From a virus (taxonomy: Duplodnaviria > Caudoviricetes), in the IMG/VR virus record IMGVR_UViG_3300048577_000441, positions 1 through 54,435 of that record: a stretch of DNA of 54,435 bases; one strand, given 5' to 3'. Below are positions 45,542-53,918 of the stretch, piece after piece. Position numbers and translations under genes: made by a program. The notes beneath the pieces were generated by a model. It was not told where the DNA came from. It worked only from the letters and a program-made list of their open reading frames with translations, and ran no database searches. How positions within the stretch are numbered: position 1 is the first letter of the stretch; each line of letters begins with the position of its first letter.

Positions 45542-45842
45542 GGCGGCGGCTCCCTTGCTGACACGACCAGCCTAGGCGGCCCAGGCCCTCGGGCTGCATC
45601 CGTAACCCTACGGATTGTGGGGGGGCTTCTGGCGGGTGCTGACATCCCGGTGACCATGGCGATTGGTGCTTGCCCAGCGCCCCCGCTACAACCGATAGAG
45701 GCAAAGGCGGCCGAAGGCCCAACAGCTGGTAGACCGAACACGGCGCCAGCCCATTCCACCGCGGGGACGATGAGACAGGGGCGCGATCGCGCCGAGGGTT
45801 CACGGGTGTGAGCTCGCCATCTCGAAGCCGTGGGCCTCTTCA

Positions 45843-46322
45843 ATGTCCGAACCGCACTCTGGGAACTGGGTTCCGGCCTATCTGGCCGCTGCCTTGACCT
45901 TCTTCGGCGGGATCTGGGGCCTGCTGACGGCCTGGGCCCGGCTTAAAGCCTCACCCCCGGCCGAGGTGACCGCGTCACAGGCTCACATGGCGGTGGCCCT
46001 GAACGAACAGGCCGAGCTGATGCTTGCGCGACAGGACCAGCGGATCGCCAAACTGGAGACGCGCCTCGAGGGCGTCGAAGCCGAGAACCGGCAATGCCGG
46101 CTGGAGAACGAGGCCCTGCGGCAGGACATCGCAAAGCTGCATGGGGAGAACGCTGATCTCCGCGAACAGGTGAGCACCCTTCAACAGGCGGTGCGGGACC
46201 AGGGCATCGCCAGTGCGGCCCGCGAGGCGCCGGGAACCTTCATCGCCATCGAAGGCGACAAGACGATGGTGATGACGCCGCTGACCCGCCGTTCGGGCGG
46301 ACGGGGGAGGACCCAGGAATGA
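45843..46322 (+). CDS. TM + coiled-coil protein (lysis cassette)
   Basis: One N-terminal TM helix and heptad repeats; upstream of endolysin. Confidence 0.65.
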   Translation: MSEPHSGNWVPAYLAAALTFFGGIWGLLTAWARLKASPPAEVTASQAHMAVALNEQAELMLARQDQRIAKLETRLEGVEAENRQCRLENEALRQDIAKLHGENADLREQVSTLQQAVRDQGIASAAREAPGTFIAIEGDKTMVMTPLTRRSGGRGRTQE

Positions 46323-46711
46323 CGCACCCGCCCGTCCCCAAGCCCGTCGTGGCCCACCTGACCTCCGCCGCCAAGAGCCTGGTCTCCGGCCTCAAGTCCC
46401 TGCACCTGATCAGCTTCGCCCTGCTGCTGGGCGCCGGGATGGTCGTGACCGCCTTCGCCATCTGGTTCGGGATGACCCTGTCCTATGGGGACTGGCCCGA
46501 GGCGGTGGCCGCCGAGCGGATCAGGGTGTTGGGCGCCGCCCTGCTGCTGTCGCTGGGGCTGATCGGCCTGGTGATGGTGACCCTGGGCGTCGGTGGTCGA
46601 CTGAAGATCGACAAGGTGAGCATCAACACCGTCGCCGGCGGCGGGGAGATCGACTTCGCCGATGACGCGGCCAAGCCCGCGCCAGGCGCGCCAGAAGACC
46701 CGCCCTACTGA
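46319..46711 (+). CDS. Holin-like membrane protein
   Basis: Two TM helices; adjacent to endolysin. Confidence 0.6.
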   Translation: MTHPPVPKPVVAHLTSAAKSLVSGLKSLHLISFALLLGAGMVVTAFAIWFGMTLSYGDWPEAVAAERIRVLGAALLLSLGLIGLVMVTLGVGGRLKIDKVSINTVAGGGEIDFADDAAKPAPGAPEDPPY

Positions 46712-46786
46712 TTGGGCGACCTCTGCGGGCCCCGCGCCCGCTCTGACCGGCCGCCGATGCGGCCTCCTGACATTGAAAGAGATCCC

Positions 46787-47461
46787 ATGAACGCCCCGCT
46801 GATCACAGCGGCGCGTCTGCAGCTGTTTGCGCGACGGTCGGACTATATGGCCGTGGCCCCGAAGCTGGAGGCGGCCGCTCGCCGGTTCGGTATCGACACC
46901 CCGCGGGAGGTGCGCCACTGGCTGGCTCACCTGCACGTGGAGAGCCAGGGCTTCACCCGACTGGTGGAGAACCTGAACTACACGGCCAAGCGCCTGACGC
47001 AGGTCTGGCCAAGCCGCTTCCCCACCTTGGCCTCGGCCGCCCCCTACGCCAATAACCCCCGGGCCCTGGCCAACAAGGTCTATGGGCGGCGCGGGGGCAA
47101 TATCCGCCCCGACGACGGCTGGCTGTTCCGTGGGTCCGGGCCCGGGCAAATCACCTTCCGGGGCAACTTTGCCGCAGCCGGCCGGGGCCTGGGCGTCGAC
47201 CTGGTGGGGCGTCCGGAGCTGATGCGCACCTGGGCCACGGGGTCGATGGCGGCGGCCTGGTTCTGGGAGTCCAAGGGCCTCAACCGGATCGTGGCCAAGG
47301 ACGATGACGAGCGCATCCGGGCGACCCTTGAGCTGACCATCAGCGAGAACGAGTTCGACGACGTCCGCGACGCCCGGGTGATCTACAACGGCGGCCTGCA
47401 CGGCTTCGATGAGGTGAAGCGCCAGCTTCTGCGGGCGGCCACCATCTGGGGGGACGAATGA
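46787..47461 (+). CDS. Glycoside hydrolase family 19 endolysin
   Basis: 'LAHLHVESQGF..LVENLNY...ANKVYG.R.GN...DGWLFRG.G..QITFR.NF...AAWFW...NGG.HG'. Confidence 0.9.
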   Translation: MNAPLITAARLQLFARRSDYMAVAPKLEAAARRFGIDTPREVRHWLAHLHVESQGFTRLVENLNYTAKRLTQVWPSRFPTLASAAPYANNPRALANKVYGRRGGNIRPDDGWLFRGSGPGQITFRGNFAAAGRGLGVDLVGRPELMRTWATGSMAAAWFWESKGLNRIVAKDDDERIRATLELTISENEFDDVRDARVIYNGGLHGFDEVKRQLLRAATIWGDE

Positions 47462-47916
47462 TCGCCGTCCCGGTGGTGGCGCCGGACTATCGCCGGCTGT
47501 TCGCCGCGTCGGTGGTCGCCCTGATCCTGGTGGCGTGCCTGGCCGTCGGGGTGCGGCTCGCCCACCGGGCCAACGCGCCGGTGACCGAGCGACTGGCCAC
47601 CCAGGGCGAGCAGGCCAGGGACGAAGCCGCCGCGCGCGGCCTGGAGGCCGCAGGGGCGGCGCAGACGGGCCGGGATGTGGCCCAGTGGCGGCGGGTCAAC
47701 ACCGCCGCCGAGGAGATCCTTGATGAACAGGAAGACTTGGCCCGCGCCGATGGGAGCGGGCAGGCGCCTCTGGGCGCTGATCGCGCTCGCCGCCTGCGCC
47801 ACCACGACGACTGGCTGTGCGCTCATTCCGGGCTCGTCTGTCTTGAGGGCGGACGGCGCGGCCCGGGTGGCGGCGCGCCAGGCGCAGGCCCTGACAGCCG
47901 CGCCGCCCCAGATTGA
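47458..47916 (+). CDS. Putative i-spanin (Rz-like)
   Basis: N-terminal TM plus helical domain after endolysin. Confidence 0.6.
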   Translation: MIAVPVVAPDYRRLFAASVVALILVACLAVGVRLAHRANAPVTERLATQGEQARDEAAARGLEAAGAAQTGRDVAQWRRVNTAAEEILDEQEDLARADGSGQAPLGADRARRLRHHDDWLCAHSGLVCLEGGRRGPGGGAPGAGPDSRAAPD

Positions 47917-48139
47917 GACGCCGCCCGAGGCGGAGGAAAGGTGCGAGATCTACATCCTGCCCCTCGATCCGACCCTGGCCGACCTCGAGGTGGGTTATCA
48001 GACCCGCGGGGCGCAGCTGATGGCCTGCGACGGCCGTCGCGGCCTGGCGGTGAGCGCGCACGCCCGTGAGCACGAGCTGGAGGCGGAGTGGCTCAGGATT
48101 CGGGAGGCTCGGGGGCGGTGGCGGTGGTGGCCGTGGTAG
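47723..48139 (+). CDS. Putative o-spanin (Rz1-like lipoprotein)
   Basis: Overlaps the i-spanin in another frame; lipobox-like LAAC/TTGC; Pro- and Cys-containing. Confidence 0.55.
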   Translation: MNRKTWPAPMGAGRRLWALIALAACATTTTGCALIPGSSVLRADGAARVAARQAQALTAAPPQIETPPEAEERCEIYILPLDPTLADLEVGYQTRGAQLMACDGRRGLAVSAHAREHELEAEWLRIREARGRWRWWPW

Positions 48140-48350
48140 GCGTAGGCTCCGACTGAGACCCTTCGCCCATTGACGGGCGCTTGTGCCAGAGGCCCTTGCC
48201 GTCCTTGCGTTCCCAAAGCTCCTGGCTGCTGGCCAGCGTTTCGATTTCGGGGCCCCCTGCTTTCGGCTTATGGGCCGTGTGGCTCCAGCCTTCGACCGTC
48301 TTTCCTTGGACAATCTCGTCACGGATCTCGTTCAGCTTGTCCTGGGTCAT
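48093..48350 (-). CDS. Hypothetical protein
   Basis: AAGGA RBS; ATGA coupling to the upstream mini-ORF. Confidence 0.55.
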   Translation of the reverse strand: MTQDKLNEIRDEIVQGKTVEGWSHTAHKPKAGGPEIETLASSQELWERKDGKGLWHKRPSMGEGSQSEPTPTTATTATAPEPPES

Positions 48351-48532
48351 TGGTCGCTTTCCTTTAGGTCTTGGGGGCTATCCGCCCGCGGTCCCTCCGA
48401 TCGCTTCGGTCCTCGCGCGTCGAGGGTCTGGCGCGCGCCCGGATAGAGGCGAACCTCCCCATGATCACCAACGTCACCGAGAATCGGCACGTAGCCGACG
48501 GGCGGATTGGGTCTAGGGGTTCGTGTGGTCAT
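48347..48532 (-). CDS. Small hypothetical protein (GYVPILG copy 1)
   Basis: AGGAGG RBS; paralog at 49251..49391. Confidence 0.6.
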   Translation of the reverse strand: MTTRTPRPNPPVGYVPILGDVGDHGEVRLYPGARQTLDARGPKRSEGPRADSPQDLKESDQ

Positions 48533-48693
48533 AAGCGCCTCCTGTTGCGCGCCCACGAATCCACGGAGGCGGATTGGCTTCAAGGGGCGCCGGGAGGGGG
48601 TGCGTCCGGAACTGTCGTGCGCCTGTCATCGGGGACCTTGGTGCCTAAGGCTCGGCTATGCATAGTAGCGGCTCACGTGCCAAGGAGGCGTGC

Positions 48694-49185
48694 ATGCTGT
48701 CGGTGCTTATCGCTGGTGCAATCTCCGTGACATCACCCAGTCCACTTGTCCTCCCGCCGTGCTGTCAGTCAACATATGGCGGTCGAGTGTTAGATGAAAT
48801 TGCAGCCCGCCCCGAAACGGAAGGCTTGCAAGAGACAAGTGAGTGGCTGCGAGAGCGCCTAGACGGCTCGACGGCGGCGGAACTTGAAACGGTCTTAGCC
48901 GCTTTGGAGGGGCACTGCCGCGCAGATGTTTGCGCACCCAAGTTCAACAGCGCACGAAGCGTTGTGATTTCTCTGGCGTCGAAAGAATACCGGGATGAGG
49001 GCACACGCCAATCGTGGCTGATCAGCGTCTTCACAATGATCGGGACGATTCTAGGCTCATTTATATCCGGCGGTGCGGCGGGCTATTGGTTCGGTCAACG
49101 CCATGCGCGGCCTGTCCGTCACGCTGCGCCACCTCGATTCAGTGAGCGCCACAAGCTCAGTCGTGGCCGCAGGGGCCCCGGGTAA
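48694..49185 (+). CDS. Hypothetical exported / membrane protein (moron)
   Basis: AAGGAGG RBS; signal-like N-terminus, four Cys, C-terminal TM; AT-richer. Confidence 0.65.
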   Translation: MLSVLIAGAISVTSPSPLVLPPCCQSTYGGRVLDEIAARPETEGLQETSEWLRERLDGSTAAELETVLAALEGHCRADVCAPKFNSARSVVISLASKEYRDEGTRQSWLISVFTMIGTILGSFISGGAAGYWFGQRHARPVRHAAPPRFSERHKLSRGRRGPG

Positions 49186-49250
49186 CCGAACCTGGGTGGC
49201 GCTTGTATTGTCGAGTGGTGGCGCACCCCAAGCTCGCGGGTGCCTCCGCC

Positions 49251-49391
49251 CTACGCGGACGCCCGAAGGCGGCGAGCCTCCAGTGACTCACGGGCTCCCG
49301 TGTAGAGCCGAACCTCGCCCTCATCACTGACCTCGCCGAGGATCGGGACGTAGCCGGCGTGCGGATTGGGCTTGAGGGTTCGTGTGGTCAT
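49251..49391 (-). CDS. Small hypothetical protein (GYVPILG copy 2)
   Basis: AGGAGG RBS; paralog of 48347..48532. Confidence 0.55.
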   Translation of the reverse strand: MTTRTLKPNPHAGYVPILGEVSDEGEVRLYTGARESLEARRLRASA

Positions 49392-49473
49392 CAGCGCCTC
49401 CTGTTGTCCGGCCACGAATCCATGGGGGCGAATTGGCATCAAAGGGAGCCGGGCGGGCCTACGTCCGAATCTG

Positions 49474-50547
49474 TCATGCCGGGCGGCTCCAGACCGGACC
49501 GTACATCTCGATTAGCTGGCGGGAGGTGAGGGGCTCCAGGATCACCCGGTCCGCGCGCGGGTCGCTGGCCCCAACCGCATCCCAGATGTCCATCGCGGTA
49601 AGTGGAAGCGCCGGCCCAAGAAACTCCCGCATGCCGATCGTGGCGTGCTCGTCGGGATCGGCAGGGGGGGGCACATAGTGGGTGCCATAGATCTTGAGGC
49701 CGAACGCCAAGCGGTTGCGGCTCTGCAGGAGGTCCAGGTTCTGCCGGTGGTAGGCGCAGCCCAGGAATACGATCTGAGCCGAATTGGCGAGAAACTCGCG
49801 AGCATCCTTGAGTTCGTCGTCGCTGACCGCCTCGCTATAGGTGCGGATGTTCGAAGCCACATCAATGAGGTCGGCTGTGGAGGCGCCGAAGGGGACACCC
49901 CGCCGTCCTGCAAGCGGATAATCGCCCACCGGCCCATATGGCCGCCAGATTTTGAGGCCCTCGACGACGCTAGCCGCTTGAGCGGGCGCCAGCTGAGAGC
50001 GTTGCTTCAGCGCATTCAGCAGGTAGTGCTCCAGCGTGCGGTCATAGTTGAAATTGATGAAGCCTATGCTGGCGAAAGCGTCCTCGATCAGAGGCCGGCT
50101 GCAGCCCGCCATGATGATCTCGAAGAGCGCCTTCAGGCCGGAGCGATTTGCCTTTTCAATCGCCATGCGCTGGCGCGCCTCGTATCGCTCCTCCTCGCGC
50201 ACGGTCGAAGCCCACATGCAGCTGGCCTCTCGCGAGAGGATCGCCTCGGCGATGCGGATCTTGGCGATCCTCGCCACGTCGCCTTGATGGGCGAAGTGAT
50301 GCACGAGATTGTCGATCGAGGAGTGATGATCCAGGGCATCACGGATGGTCCGCAATGCGGTGGTCAGGCGCTCAGGGTCGGAGCCGACAGCCAGATAGCA
50401 GGACCGGTCGGCCGTGCTCCTGTCCCCGTGCAAGAGCATCTCGCTACAGGCCTTATGGATCAGAGTCTTCAATTCTGAGCCGAGCGGCATGCGAAGCTCA
50501 TACGAGAAGCCCGCCCCCAGGATGAACGTGGTCTGTTTCGTGATCAC
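49474..50547 (-). CDS. SIR2-like domain protein
   Basis: 'TFILGAGFS...MPLG.EL', 'SIDN', 'FINFNYDRTLE', 'RPYG', 'IVFLGCAY...NL'; GTG start overlapping the upstream stop. Confidence 0.8.
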   Translation of the reverse strand: MITKQTTFILGAGFSYELRMPLGSELKTLIHKACSEMLLHGDRSTADRSCYLAVGSDPERLTTALRTIRDALDHHSSIDNLVHHFAHQGDVARIAKIRIAEAILSREASCMWASTVREEERYEARQRMAIEKANRSGLKALFEIIMAGCSRPLIEDAFASIGFINFNYDRTLEHYLLNALKQRSQLAPAQAASVVEGLKIWRPYGPVGDYPLAGRRGVPFGASTADLIDVASNIRTYSEAVSDDELKDAREFLANSAQIVFLGCAYHRQNLDLLQSRNRLAFGLKIYGTHYVPPPADPDEHATIGMREFLGPALPLTAMDIWDAVGASDPRADRVILEPLTSRQLIEMYGPVWSRPA

Positions 50548-51107
50548 CTGTCGGCCTCGCGGGCGGACTGGCCCAAAGGGTCCGGGCGGATTGGCTCGTC
50601 TGGTTCCTGGTCCAGCTGGAGTCGCACCACGCGGCCGTCGCGGCCCAGCAGGGTGGCCGCCCGGGTGATCGCCGCATCGGCCAGGGCCTGCCAGAAATCT
50701 CCGCCGCCCTGGTCGAGGGCTGTCAGCTGCGCGGCTCTGAGGGGAAGCCCCACAGCGGCGGGCTCCAGCACCTGGTGGATTCGCTTGGCGCCCAGGGGGC
50801 GGCGGAGGACTGCGGCGTCCCCGAAGCTCACGCCTGCGGCCTCGCGGGCCATGTTGAGCGCCCAGCCCTCCACGGCGCTCTCTAGGGCGTGCAGGGCGTC
50901 CACCAGGGCTGTGGGATAGCCGCGTCCCTTCGAGCGCTCCCAATTGGTCAGCAGGGCGGTGGTCACCTCGCGATCGCCGAGGCGCAGGGCGTTGGCCAGG
51001 GCGACCACGTGGCGGCGCTCTAGGTTCAGGGCGCCGCGCAGGGCGCGAGACTCGGCGCCGTTCAAGTCCTCGCCTTCCAGGCCGAAGAGGCGACGGGCGT
51101 TGGTCAT
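50544..51107 (-). CDS. HTH regulator resembling Aca2/YdiL (DUF1870)
   Basis: 'LNGAESRALRGALNL...LTNWERSKGRGYP..LVDAL' HTH with a helical C-terminus; GGAG RBS. Confidence 0.6.
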   Translation of the reverse strand: MTNARRLFGLEGEDLNGAESRALRGALNLERRHVVALANALRLGDREVTTALLTNWERSKGRGYPTALVDALHALESAVEGWALNMAREAAGVSFGDAAVLRRPLGAKRIHQVLEPAAVGLPLRAAQLTALDQGGGDFWQALADAAITRAATLLGRDGRVVRLQLDQEPDEPIRPDPLGQSAREADR

Positions 51108-51153
51108 AGGAGGCTCTCCATGGTGAGGCCCGCGCAATGGCGGGCCGGGGGGT

Positions 51154-51218
51154 ACGGTTCCACGGTTCCAGGCCACGGTTCCACGTGGATTGGAACGGTG
51201 AACCGTAAGGAAATTCAA
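51154..51218. promoter_or_regulatory. Operator-like repeats and putative promoter of the HTH-SIR2 operon
   Basis: ACGGTTCCA x3 (51154, 51162, 51175) plus inverted variants TGGAACGGT and TGAACCGT (51191-51206); minus-strand TTGAAT at 51218-51213. Confidence 0.6.
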
Positions 51219-51407
51219 GGCTTTTCCCGCGCCGATGGTCGGGCGAGGCTAGGTCCGCCCACCAGACCCTTCTCAAGCCACATTGAGGGCCCCGGACGTC
51301 CGCCGGGCGGACCGGCTGCCAGGGTGTCGGGGCGGATTGGCCCGCAGGGTGGGCGGGCGGATTAGGTCGCAGGGTGGGGCGGCCGCGGCGGACCGCCCCG
51401 AGGCCGA

Positions 51408-52619
51408 TCAGACGGCGAGGGCGAGGGCGGTCAGGGACTGGGTGCCGAACCGGATCAGGTGGCCGCGGGAGTCGGTGAGGGTGAAGGTTCGGCCGCCCGT
51501 TCCGCGGGCGAAGGTGTAGCGGGTGAGTGATTCGCCGCCGGCGGCCTGGCGAAGGGCGGGCAGGCCACCCCGGAACCGAGCCAGGGCGTGGCCCGCCTCA
51601 TCGGTGTTTGTCGCGTTGATTCCCTCTTCCGCCTTCACCTGGGCATAGGCGGCCTGCAGGGCGCGTTCGTGACGGTCGGCGGCCTCAAGGTTGATCACCA
51701 CGGCGGCGCCCTGCAGATCGTCCATAGTCACGGCGCCGACGGACGCGCCGGCCGTGGCGGTCACCAGGGGCGCAGGCTCCGGCTCATAGCAGAAGGCGTC
51801 GCGGGCGCTCGCTTCCTGGGCCTGTAGCAGGATGGCCCGGTTAGTGGTCCGGCCGACGGTCGCGCCTGGAATGATCGGCGAGACCAGCTGCGATTCCAGA
51901 TGGCGGGCGCGCTCAATGTCGCCCGCGCCAAACTCGCCGCCCGGCTCATAGGCGGCGCCGGTGGATTCCTCGACGATGGCCAGCAGGGCCGGCATGGGGC
52001 GGAGGGCGATCAGCTCGAGCCATTGGGGCGACTCCCGCCGCACGCCCATGGGGCCCATGACATAGCGGCCGGAAACGGCGCTTTGCGCGGTGGTGAGGCT
52101 ATCGGCGTAGGACTCCCGCGCGCGGCTGCGGCGCAGACGGTCGGCCGCCTGGAAGGCCGCCGCCCAGCGGGTTTCGGCCTTGGCCGCATGCCAGGGCACG
52201 GCGGAAACGAAGGTCGCCAAACCGTCCGCCCAGACGCAATGGAAAGCGCCCGTGGCGGTCCGGGCCCGCGGCGGATCGGCGAGGGGGGCGGCCAAGTCCA
52301 GCATCTTGGCCGCCGGCGCGGCCTTGCGGGCGCGCGCACGGGGCGCCGGAGCCGCCGGCGCGTCGGCCTGGGCTATCGGGGCGGAAACGGGCGCGGCGGC
52401 CTGGAAGGCGGCCAGATCGGCCAGGGCGCGACGCAGGGCGCCGGCCAGGGCGTGGCCCGCGATCTCGGCCACAATGCCAACCCGTGTGGCCGTAGCCAGG
52501 TCATATAGGGCCAGGGCCTTGGCGGCCGGAAGGCCCTGCAGCTGCAGGATCGAAAGGGAAAGGGGCTCGACGCGGGCCAGGGTAGGGGCGGCGGCGAAGG
52601 TTTCGGCGTCATAGGCCAT
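51408..52619 (-). CDS. Hypothetical Ala-rich protein
   Basis: ~403-aa ORF, GGAG RBS, phage-like codon usage. Confidence 0.7.
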   Translation of the reverse strand: MAYDAETFAAAPTLARVEPLSLSILQLQGLPAAKALALYDLATATRVGIVAEIAGHALAGALRRALADLAAFQAAAPVSAPIAQADAPAAPAPRARARKAAPAAKMLDLAAPLADPPRARTATGAFHCVWADGLATFVSAVPWHAAKAETRWAAAFQAADRLRRSRARESYADSLTTAQSAVSGRYVMGPMGVRRESPQWLELIALRPMPALLAIVEESTGAAYEPGGEFGAGDIERARHLESQLVSPIIPGATVGRTTNRAILLQAQEASARDAFCYEPEPAPLVTATAGASVGAVTMDDLQGAAVVINLEAADRHERALQAAYAQVKAEEGINATNTDEAGHALARFRGGLPALRQAAGGESLTRYTFARGTGGRTFTLTDSRGHLIRFGTQSLTALALAV

Positions 52620-52739
52620 GGGGAAGGCTCCAAATTGAGCCCCGCGCAATTGCGGGGCGGGTTGTGTCGTCCGGGCGGGCCCGGAAGGCCCTAGCGGCCT
52701 CTAAAGCCCTCGGGCGTCACCCGGGGGCTTGGAAGGTGG

Positions 52740-53441
52740 CTAGGCGTCGTCGGTGGCCGCTTCGATCTCGGCTTTGCGCAGGGTGTCACGCAAGCGCCAG
52801 TCGCATTCGACCTGGCCGTAGTAACGGACGTCGAAATAGTCGACCATGGAGTCGCTGTTGTCGCGGTTATACGCGCCGTGAAGGGCCTTAAGCTTGGACT
52901 CCAGGTCGCGATATTCCCGGCTCTGCTGGTCCTGCCAAGCAAACGGCGGATTGTAGTCATCCGGGTTTTGCTGGGCATAGCGGGCGAACCGAGGGTTCAG
53001 GACCTTGAAGCCTTCCGGAAGGGCCACAATGCGCAGGTCTATGGATTGGCCGCCGCTATAGCTGGAATACCGGACGGACGTCTTAAGGCCCTTGGGAAGG
53101 TCGCCGCGGGCCAGGGCTTCCTTGATGTCCTGGCGGATGCGCTTGGCGATCTCGGCGCCAGTGAGCTGGCGCGTGGCGTCATGCTTGGCGCCCCGCTGTT
53201 CGTTGGTGGGGTCGCAGTATGCCGGCTGATAGCGGGCGGCGGACTCGGCGGCCTTCCGCTCCTCTGCGATGTTCGCCATGACGTCGGCCAGGATCTGCGC
53301 CGCGGCGGTCCCGCCCATGCGCTGGGCCAGCTCCTCGCGGGCCTTGGCCTGGTGTTCGGCCTTGGCGGCCTCATGGGCGGCGGTGGCCGCCGCCGCGCGG
53401 CGGCTGTTCAGGCGTTCACTAAAATTGATGACGTTGGACAT
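52740..53441 (-). CDS. Large polyvalent protein-associated domain (LPD29-like) protein
   Basis: 'AEIAKRIRQDIK...KTSVR.SSYSGGQSID...YNRDNSDSMVDYFDVRYY'; AAGGAG RBS. Confidence 0.6.
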   Translation of the reverse strand: MSNVINFSERLNSRRAAAATAAHEAAKAEHQAKAREELAQRMGGTAAAQILADVMANIAEERKAAESAARYQPAYCDPTNEQRGAKHDATRQLTGAEIAKRIRQDIKEALARGDLPKGLKTSVRYSSYSGGQSIDLRIVALPEGFKVLNPRFARYAQQNPDDYNPPFAWQDQQSREYRDLESKLKALHGAYNRDNSDSMVDYFDVRYYGQVECDWRLRDTLRKAEIEAATDDA

Positions 53442-53639
53442 TGTCCGCTCCTTATCCGTGCTGCGGTCCGCCCGATTGCGGACCTTCCGGCGCCCTGGCC
53501 TAGGGGTGAGGCCAGGGCGCCCAGGGTCTCGACTGCGGCGCCGTTACGGTCGTTCTCGCCAGTCTTCGGAATGAAGGCCTAAGCCTCGCCCGATGCGGTC
53601 GGGCCCGGCGCTTGTGCGCTTCTGTCTCCCGACAAGGCG

Positions 53640-53678
53640 AAGAAAAGCGCGCGGATGCGGGGCGCGTCAAGCAAAAAA
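53640..53678 (-). promoter_or_regulatory. Putative sigma70 promoter for the leftward right-arm genes
   Basis: Minus-strand T-tract then TTGACG (53670-53665) with GCTTTTCT about 16 nt downstream. Confidence 0.45.
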
Positions 53679-53743
53679 CGCAGACGCCGCAAGGTGATAG
53701 CCGCCGCTAACCTCGGTGCGCCCCTGTATAAACCACCCCTTCT

Positions 53744-53830
53744 GGGTCCTTCCCGCCATGAATAGATATGCGGGGAGGCTGCCCGCTTGTTGTTCGCCAT
53801 AAAACTACTGTGATCACTGTGAACTGTACC
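53744..53830 (+). other. Lambda-like cos packaging signal (cosQ + cosN + downstream repeats)
   Basis: GGGTCCT (53744-53750), dyad GCGGG-GAGGCTG-CCCGC (53770-53786), then ACTGTGA x2 + ACTGTA; lies in an intergenic region. Confidence 0.6.
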
Positions 53831-53918
53831 GTTTTCGACGTCGGTTTGACCGTGATCGCGGGCGCTGCGGCGCGAATCGGCGGGCGTCTTTCGGCGTTAG
53901 ACGCTCAATCTGCCGTCC

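Larger units (their letters stand above)
48440..49460. repeat. Diverged direct repeat (~48440-48597 and ~49299-49456) flanking an accessory gene
   Basis: Aligned blocks such as GGGTTCGTGTGGTCAT-x-AGCGCCTCCTGTTG...CCACGAATCCA, offset by 859 bp. Confidence 0.85.

Noticed and set aside
45695-45775. c-di-GMP riboswitch suggested by GGCAAA and GCCGAAGGC
   Set aside because: The remaining consensus and the second stem are not present
51154-51206. CRISPR-like array from the ACGGTTCCA repeats
   Set aside because: The repeats are 9 bp with no spacers and there are no cas genes; an operator interpretation fits better
50548-51276. N-terminal 243 codons of the 600-aa ORF 49474..51276
   Set aside because: Arg/Pro/Gly-rich shadow of the HTH gene; the SIR2-like protein plausibly starts at GTG 50547
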